Source: Opitutaceae bacterium
GTDB taxonomy: Bacteria > Verrucomicrobiota > Verrucomicrobiia > Opitutales > Opitutaceae
NCBI GenBank assembly: GCA_035549635.1
Contig: DASZQN010000045.1
Location: forward strand, 9,286-73,285
DNA: 64,000 nt
Direction: 5' to 3'
Both the position numbers and the translations under genes were made by a program. Positions 59,236 through 64,000 of the stretch are shown piece after piece. Below the pieces are notes generated by a model, which saw only the letters and a list, made by a program, of their open reading frames with translations, was not told the origin of the DNA and ran no database searches. How positions within the stretch are numbered: position 1 is the stretch's first letter; the number at the start of each line of letters is the position of its first letter.

Positions 59236-59745
59236 ATGAAAAGCCGCCGCAAATCCAGCTCGCGTGCCACCACCGGAAACAAATCCGGCTCCTCCGATTC
59301 CCGCCTCGTCGCCGCCCGGCGCCAGGCGGAAGCCGCCCGCGAGCGCGCCCAGGCGGCGAAGGCCGAGCTGAAACTCGCGCGCAAGGCGTTCAAGAAGGCC
59401 AAGAAGCTCGCCAAGGCGGCCCGCAGGAAGCTCAAGGCGCTGAAGAACGCCGCCATTCCCTCCCATTATCCGCCGGCGAAGCCGGCGGCCGGGGCCCGCA
59501 AGCAGGGCGCCTCCAAGCCGCGAAAATCCACCGGGCCCCGGAAGCGTCCGTCGCCAAAGGCAAAGAAGCCTTCGGGTCGCGTCCGCTCCTCCGCCGCGAC
59601 AGCCGCTTCCCTGGAGTCGATGCCCCGCGAGGCGAGCCCATGGATCGAGGCCGCCCCCGCCGAACCCGCCGCCCACGTTGAGCAGGAATCGGGTGCAGTC
59701 CCGCCGGCCGAGCCGCCCCCGCCGCCGGATTTACCCGCTTCGTAA
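59236..59745 (+). CDS. Lys/Ala/Pro-rich basic hypothetical protein (histone H1/AlgP-like composition)
   Basis: 169 aa containing AKAELKLARKAFKKAKKLAKAARRKLKALK and then PAKPAAGARKQGASKPRKSTGPRKRPSPKAKKP. Consistent use of AAG Lys codons argues for real coding rather than a GC artefact. Confidence 0.55.
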   Translation: MKSRRKSSSRATTGNKSGSSDSRLVAARRQAEAARERAQAAKAELKLARKAFKKAKKLAKAARRKLKALKNAAIPSHYPPAKPAAGARKQGASKPRKSTGPRKRPSPKAKKPSGRVRSSAATAASLESMPREASPWIEAAPAEPAAHVEQESGAVPPAEPPPPPDLPAS

Positions 59746-59839
59746 GCTAGCGATCGCGCCCGTCGCCGAATTGGCCGGGCGCGTTGATTTCAGCCCGTCG
59801 CAGGGAACGGATGCGGGCGAAGGCGCCCGGCCCGTTGGG

Positions 59840-60301
59840 TCAATGCGCTCCGGCTCCGCTCTCCAGTCCCTTGGCGTTCACGGTGAGCACGACCAGGCGC
59901 AGCAGGCGGGTCCGGCTGTCCCGCAGCTCGAGGCTCACGGTGTCACCGAGCCTTCGCTCGAAGAAAATCCCGAGCATGGTATCGCGGCTCATGCCCGAGC
60001 GGGGCCGGCCGTTGATCATGAAGATCTCGTCGTCCGGATTGAGGTGCGCCTCGGCCGCGGCCGAGCCTGGGGCGACCTGGCCCACCCGCATCCATTTTAT
60101 CTTTCCGCCCCAGATGACTCCGAAATTGGTGACGATCGAGAGACCGAAATTGCTGATCCTCGTCTCCCGGACAAAAAAAGGCGAAAGACGCTCGACCTGC
60201 GCATCACTCGATGGGGCCGCGTGTGCCGGAGCAGCCGCCCATCCCGCCGCCACCGGCAGAACCAAGATCAGGGCCGCAACGATCCGACGGACTTTCATCA
60301 C
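59840..60301 (-). CDS. Secreted PDZ-domain protein
   Basis: Signal peptide MMKVRRIVAALILVLPVAAGWAAAPAHA. PDZ-like segment GKIKWMRVGQVAPGSAAAEAHLNPDDEIFMINGRP. Confidence 0.65.
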   Translation of the reverse strand: MMKVRRIVAALILVLPVAAGWAAAPAHAAPSSDAQVERLSPFFVRETRISNFGLSIVTNFGVIWGGKIKWMRVGQVAPGSAAAEAHLNPDDEIFMINGRPRSGMSRDTMLGIFFERRLGDTVSLELRDSRTRLLRLVVLTVNAKGLESGAGAH

Positions 60302-60439
60302 CTGGGAAACAGGAAAAGGGGGAAACTCCGTTTCGATCCCGGCTTCAATTCACAGGAGGAATACCGAGGACAGCCAGAGGCCGGATCGGACATTCTCGGA
60401 TCGGCCTCGGGTTTCCTCCTGCAAAACCGGATCGCTGCC

Positions 60440-61654
60440 TCACGGCGCCCTTTGCGCCGGATAATCCTTCCACAGCCACTCCAGCGCCTCCGGCAGGAGC
60501 TGCGCCCGCGCGTTGCCCACCCCGTGGCCCGCATTGAGGCAGAAAACATACTGGTAGTGGTAGCCTTTCGCCTTGAGCACCGCGGCCATGCGGTTGTTGG
60601 CCTCGACCCAGTCGTGCATGCCGTCGCGCATGACATTCGGGTTGAGCAGATCTTTGTCGCCGACGGCCATCCAGAGGCGGATGGGCTTTTTGGCGCTCTG
60701 CGGGATCAGCTTCTCGTGAAAATCCCAGGCACCGTCGGGCGTGGTCGGATCGAAGGGCCACTGCTGGTTCACGAACGTGCCGGAAAACGTCAGCACCCGA
60801 TGATACCACTCCGGATGATACCACGCCATGATGAGCGCGGCCGAACCGCCGGAGCTCGTGCCCATGGTCGCGCGGCCCTCGGGGTCGGTCGTCAGCTTTA
60901 CGCCGCAGTTCTTCTCCACCTGCGGCAGGACCTCGGCCTGGATGAACTCGGCGAACAGCCCCGACATGGTGTCGTACTCACGTCCGCGCTCGTGGCCCTG
61001 CGCATCTCCGCCGCCGTGCGCGATCATGACGACCACGATCGGCGGCACCCGGTGCTGGGCGATGAGGTTGTCGAGGATGCGCGGGAGGCTCAGGTCCGGC
61101 CGCCCCATTTCCCGCGGGCCGTCGTGCACCACGAGGAAGGGCGCCGCCGTGCCCGCCACGTACTGGGCCGGGACGTAGACGGTGATGGTGCGCTGGTAGT
61201 CGATCGGGTGCGTCTCCACGATCACCGTCTTGGGGTTCTTGGGATCGACCGTGCCGAAGGGAACGTCCCGCGCGATGCCCGGGTTGTAGAACTTGCTCGT
61301 TTTCGAATCGATGACGAACTGCTGCACCCGCCCCTGCGGCACGCCCGCGACGACGGTCGACTCCGGCGCCGGCACGTATTCCGGCCCGGCGAGAAAATCC
61401 CCGTCCGCATCGACCGGCGGATTCACACCCGCCACCGCCCGCAGCCCGCGGCCGTCGCCCGGCTTCGCCCCCAGCACGGTGAACTTCGGCATTCCCGGCC
61501 CGTCCGGGAGCCGCACCGGCGGAGTCGGCCGCGCCGCGGCCGGGGGAGTCGGCGTCTCCGCCGCCTGCCCGGCAACGGACAAGGCGATCAGCGCCAGCGT
61601 CGTCAGCAGACAGCCGAAGGTCGGGGCAGATTCAATCAGGCGTTCTTTTTTCAT
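60440..61654 (-). CDS. Secreted alpha/beta-hydrolase esterase (enterochelin-esterase/CE1-like 'putative esterase' family)
   Basis: Start MKKERLIESAPTFGCLLTTLALIAL. Nucleophile elbow GTSSGGSAA, followed by ...DKDLL...H motifs typical of esterase D/enterochelin esterase-like proteins. Confidence 0.75.
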   Translation of the reverse strand: MKKERLIESAPTFGCLLTTLALIALSVAGQAAETPTPPAAARPTPPVRLPDGPGMPKFTVLGAKPGDGRGLRAVAGVNPPVDADGDFLAGPEYVPAPESTVVAGVPQGRVQQFVIDSKTSKFYNPGIARDVPFGTVDPKNPKTVIVETHPIDYQRTITVYVPAQYVAGTAAPFLVVHDGPREMGRPDLSLPRILDNLIAQHRVPPIVVVMIAHGGGDAQGHERGREYDTMSGLFAEFIQAEVLPQVEKNCGVKLTTDPEGRATMGTSSGGSAALIMAWYHPEWYHRVLTFSGTFVNQQWPFDPTTPDGAWDFHEKLIPQSAKKPIRLWMAVGDKDLLNPNVMRDGMHDWVEANNRMAAVLKAKGYHYQYVFCLNAGHGVGNARAQLLPEALEWLWKDYPAQRAP

Positions 61655-61715
61655 AGGGGTGGAGGCGATTTCACTCATTTTCCGCCGCTCGTCGAGCGCC
61701 GGGATTCCCCCCTCG

Positions 61716-62219
61716 TCACGGTCTGCGCCGCAGGGAGAATTCCGGCGGACGCTGCAGGGTCTGGAGCACGACGCAGTATTTCTCGGTCAGCCGCAGGAGA
61801 TTCGCGACCTGCTCCTCCGTCGCGTCCGTGTCGAGGGTCACCAGGAGCCGGATCCGCTGCAGTCCCACCGGAACATCCTTGGCCACGGCCAGGGTCCCCC
61901 GAAAATCAAGATCCCCTTCCGCCTCGATCACGGCATCGCGCAGCGGGACTCCGAGCGCCGTCGCGACCGCATTCAGCGTCACACCCGTGCAGGCGACCAG
62001 CGCCTCGAGAAGCATGTCACCCGAGCACGCGAAGCCTCCCGTTCCGCCGGTCGCGGGATGCAATCCCGCCGCCACCAGCGCCCGGCCGGTTTCGACCCGG
62101 CAACTGATCCCTTCGTTGAGGCGCCCGCGCGCCCTCAGCGTGACGAGCGCCTTTTCCGGCGATTCCCGATACTGCGCCTTGAACGGCGCCTGTTTGGCCC
62201 TGAGTTCATTGCTGTCCAT
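61716..62219 (-). CDS. OsmC/Ohr-family peroxiredoxin-like protein
   Basis: 167 aa. It carries the two conserved Cys contexts (FACSGDMLLEALVACTGVTL) and the overall OsmC pattern. Confidence 0.8.
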   Translation of the reverse strand: MDSNELRAKQAPFKAQYRESPEKALVTLRARGRLNEGISCRVETGRALVAAGLHPATGGTGGFACSGDMLLEALVACTGVTLNAVATALGVPLRDAVIEAEGDLDFRGTLAVAKDVPVGLQRIRLLVTLDTDATEEQVANLLRLTEKYCVVLQTLQRPPEFSLRRRP

Positions 62220-62265
62220 AAATCGATGGTGTGCAGACGCGACCGCGCGGCCTTCTACCGCCGGC

Positions 62266-62526
62266 TCAGCGGTGCGGACAGCCGGGCCAGCAGCACGGCC
62301 GGCGCATGCCTCCGCGCATCTTGTCGATGCCGACGGCGATGCGGTGTTTCCGGGTCTCTTCCTTCTTGGCGGACGTCACCCAGCAAATCCACTCGTTCCG
62401 CGCCAGCGGGGTGATGTCGCCCCAAAGGTGCCTGGCCACGGAGTTGGACGCGACGGCCTTCCGCAAATCCGCCGGGAGTTTGTGCACGGTGCCGCCTGCG
62501 AGCTTTTCGGGGGCCTTTGCTTTCAT
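62266..62526 (-). CDS. YdeI/OmpD-associated family small protein
   Basis: Start MKAKAPEKL (ATG 62526-62524). Motifs LPADLRKAV, ITPLARNEWICWV and the C-terminal RRPCCWPGCPHR, characteristic of this family. Confidence 0.6.
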   Translation of the reverse strand: MKAKAPEKLAGGTVHKLPADLRKAVASNSVARHLWGDITPLARNEWICWVTSAKKEETRKHRIAVGIDKMRGGMRRPCCWPGCPHR

Positions 62527-62643
62527 GAGGTAAATGGTGGCGGAATTTTCACCGTAGAGGCACAAAGCGCGCGAAGCCCAGTGTGATGGCGAAGACCTCA
62601 CCGGCTCTCCGCGCTCCGTGGCTCCGTGGTGAACCTGCCGGTG

Positions 62644-64000
62644 TCAGCCTTCCGCCGACCACTTGAAAATCGTGGTGCTCAAAGCCGGCAGCGTGAGGAC
62701 GACGCTCTGGCTGAAGCCGTCCGCGGGTACGTCCTCCGTCTCGCGGCCGCCGTCATTGCCCACGCCGGTGCCGCCGTAGAACTGGCTGTTGGTGTTCACG
62801 ACTTCCTTCCAGAAGCCCCGTCGCGGCACGCCGACGCGGTAGCCCGGGCGCACGATCGGGGTGAAATGGCCGACCACCGCGAACAGGTTCTGCTCGAACG
62901 GATCCGACCGCAGGTAGGCGAGCACGCTGGCGTCCGCGTCCTGGCAGCTCAGCCAGCGGAAGCCCTGCGGATTGAAATCGTTCCGGCTCAGCACGGGCTC
63001 GGACGTGTACAGCCGGTTGAGGTCGCGCACGAGCAGCCGGATGCCCTCGTGGTCGAGATACTGGCAGAGATGCCAGTCGAGGCTGGCCGCATAGTTCCAT
63101 TCCGCGGCCTGGCCGAACTCGCCGCCCATGAAGAGCAGCTTCTTCCCGGGCCAGCCCCAGAGGTGCCCGTAGAGCGCGCGGAGGTTGGCCGCCTTCTCGG
63201 GGATGTGCCAGGCGCCCATCTTGAAGAGCAGCGACGCCTTCCCGTGGACGACCTCGTCGTGCGAGAACACCGTCACGAAGTTCTCCGCGTACTGGTAGAG
63301 CATCCCGAAGGTCAGGTCGTTCTGGTGCCACTTGCGGTGGATCGGCTCCTTCTGGAAATAGCGCAGGGTGTCGTGCATCCAGCCCATGTTCCACTTGTAG
63401 TCGAAGCCCAGGCCGCCGTCCCGCACCGGGCGGCTGACGCCGGCGAACGACGTGCTTTCCTCCGCGATCATCCGCACTCCCGGGTAATACTGGTGCACGA
63501 GGTCGTTCGTCTCGCGCAGGAACGCGATCGCCTCGAGGTTTTCGCGGCCGCCGTGGCGGTTCGGGATCCACTGGCCCTCCTTGCGCGAGTAGTCGAGGTA
63601 GAGCATCGAGGCCACCGCGTCGACCCGCAGGCCGTCGAGGTGGTAGCGGTCGCACCAGGCCAGGGCGTTCGCGACGAGGAAGCAGCGCACTTCGTTGCGG
63701 CCGTAGTTGAAGATCAGCGTGCCCCAGTCCATGTGCGCGCCCTGCCGCGGGTCCGCGTGCTCGTACAGGTGCGTGCCGTCGAACTCCGCGAGGGCGAAGC
63801 TGTCCCGCGGGAAATGCGCCGGCACCCAGTCCAGGATGACGCCGATGCCGCGGCGGTGCAGGTGGTCGACGAAGAACGCGAAGTCGTCCGGCGTGCCGAA
63901 GCGCTGCGTCGGGGCGTAGAAACCCGTCACCTGGTAGCCCCACGAGCCGTCGAACGGATGCTCCGCCAGTGGCATCAGCTCGACGTGGGTGAAGCCCATC
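62644..64000 (-). CDS. glgB: 1,4-alpha-glucan branching enzyme, C-terminal ~450 aa (5' end beyond window)
   Basis: GH13 conserved regions [25 protein letters not shown] and FSHDEV. The frame is open to the window end. Confidence 0.93.
   Translation of the reverse strand, partial: MGFTHVELMPLAEHPFDGSWGYQVTGFYAPTQRFGTPDDFAFFVDHLHRRGIGVILDWVPAHFPRDSFALAEFDGTHLYEHADPRQGAHMDWGTLIFNYGRNEVRCFLVANALAWCDRYHLDGLRVDAVASMLYLDYSRKEGQWIPNRHGGRENLEAIAFLRETNDLVHQYYPGVRMIAEESTSFAGVSRPVRDGGLGFDYKWNMGWMHDTLRYFQKEPIHRKWHQNDLTFGMLYQYAENFVTVFSHDEVVHGKASLLFKMGAWHIPEKAANLRALYGHLWGWPGKKLLFMGGEFGQAAEWNYAASLDWHLCQYLDHEGIRLLVRDLNRLYTSEPVLSRNDFNPQGFRWLSCQDADASVLAYLRSDPFEQNLFAVVGHFTPIVRPGYRVGVPRRGFWKEVVNTNSQFYGGTGVGNDGGRETEDVPADGFSQSVVLTLPALSTTIFKWSAEG

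Noticed and set aside
1-64000. tRNA, rRNA, tmRNA, SRP RNA, RNase P RNA, riboswitches (FMN near ribD, T-box near the aaRS genes), CRISPR arrays, IS elements.
   Set aside because: I inspected all spacers longer than 60 bp by eye and recognised no cloverleaf, conserved ncRNA core motif or terminal inverted repeat with a transposase. A covariance-model scan is still needed to exclude ncRNAs.

Overview
High-GC (about two-thirds G+C by eye), gene-dense bacterial chromosomal window with about 52 supportable protein genes on both strands. I found no rRNA, tRNA, CRISPR array, transposase, integrase or prophage genes. Gene content hints at a Verrucomicrobia/Opitutae-like organism: many prepilin-type proteins, OpcA next to zwf, a plant/cyanobacterial-type IspH, and PAS/REC-rich signalling. 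That taxonomic call is weak inference only. Housekeeping genes are tyrS (partial), zwf-opcA, yraN, menF-menD, metG, rdgB, ribD, leuB, alaS, ispH and glgB (partial). The accessory content falls into five groups. (1) An orphan GAF-GspE/PilB-type ATPase. (2) A NarL-type two-component pair, then a minor-pseudopilin triad, one member of which carries a 187-aa tail of almost pure Ser/Thr. This is followed directly by a five-gene, translationally coupled glycan/modification operon: GT2, NodU-type carbamoyltransferase, GT-C/PMT-like membrane transferase, radical SAM-SPASM, and a membrane-fused spermidine-synthase-like protein. I rate this 12-kb block the best candidate for an undescribed system, namely pilin/pseudopilin O-glycosylation-modification. 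(3) A four-gene PAS/GAF/REC phosphorelay next to a lower-GC islet encoding an unusual XRE-HTH-then-REC protein. (4) An orphan ParA/MinD-like ATPase with two unknown partners, one ending in a MinD-like amphipathic tail and one coiled-coil. (5) A hybrid kinase, REC, HisKA-REC-class III cyclase relay. Several small intergenic repeat/palindrome families are visible. One repeat-like, low-GC3 segment appears inserted in frame in alaS. All functional calls rest on motifs read by eye and no database search was possible.
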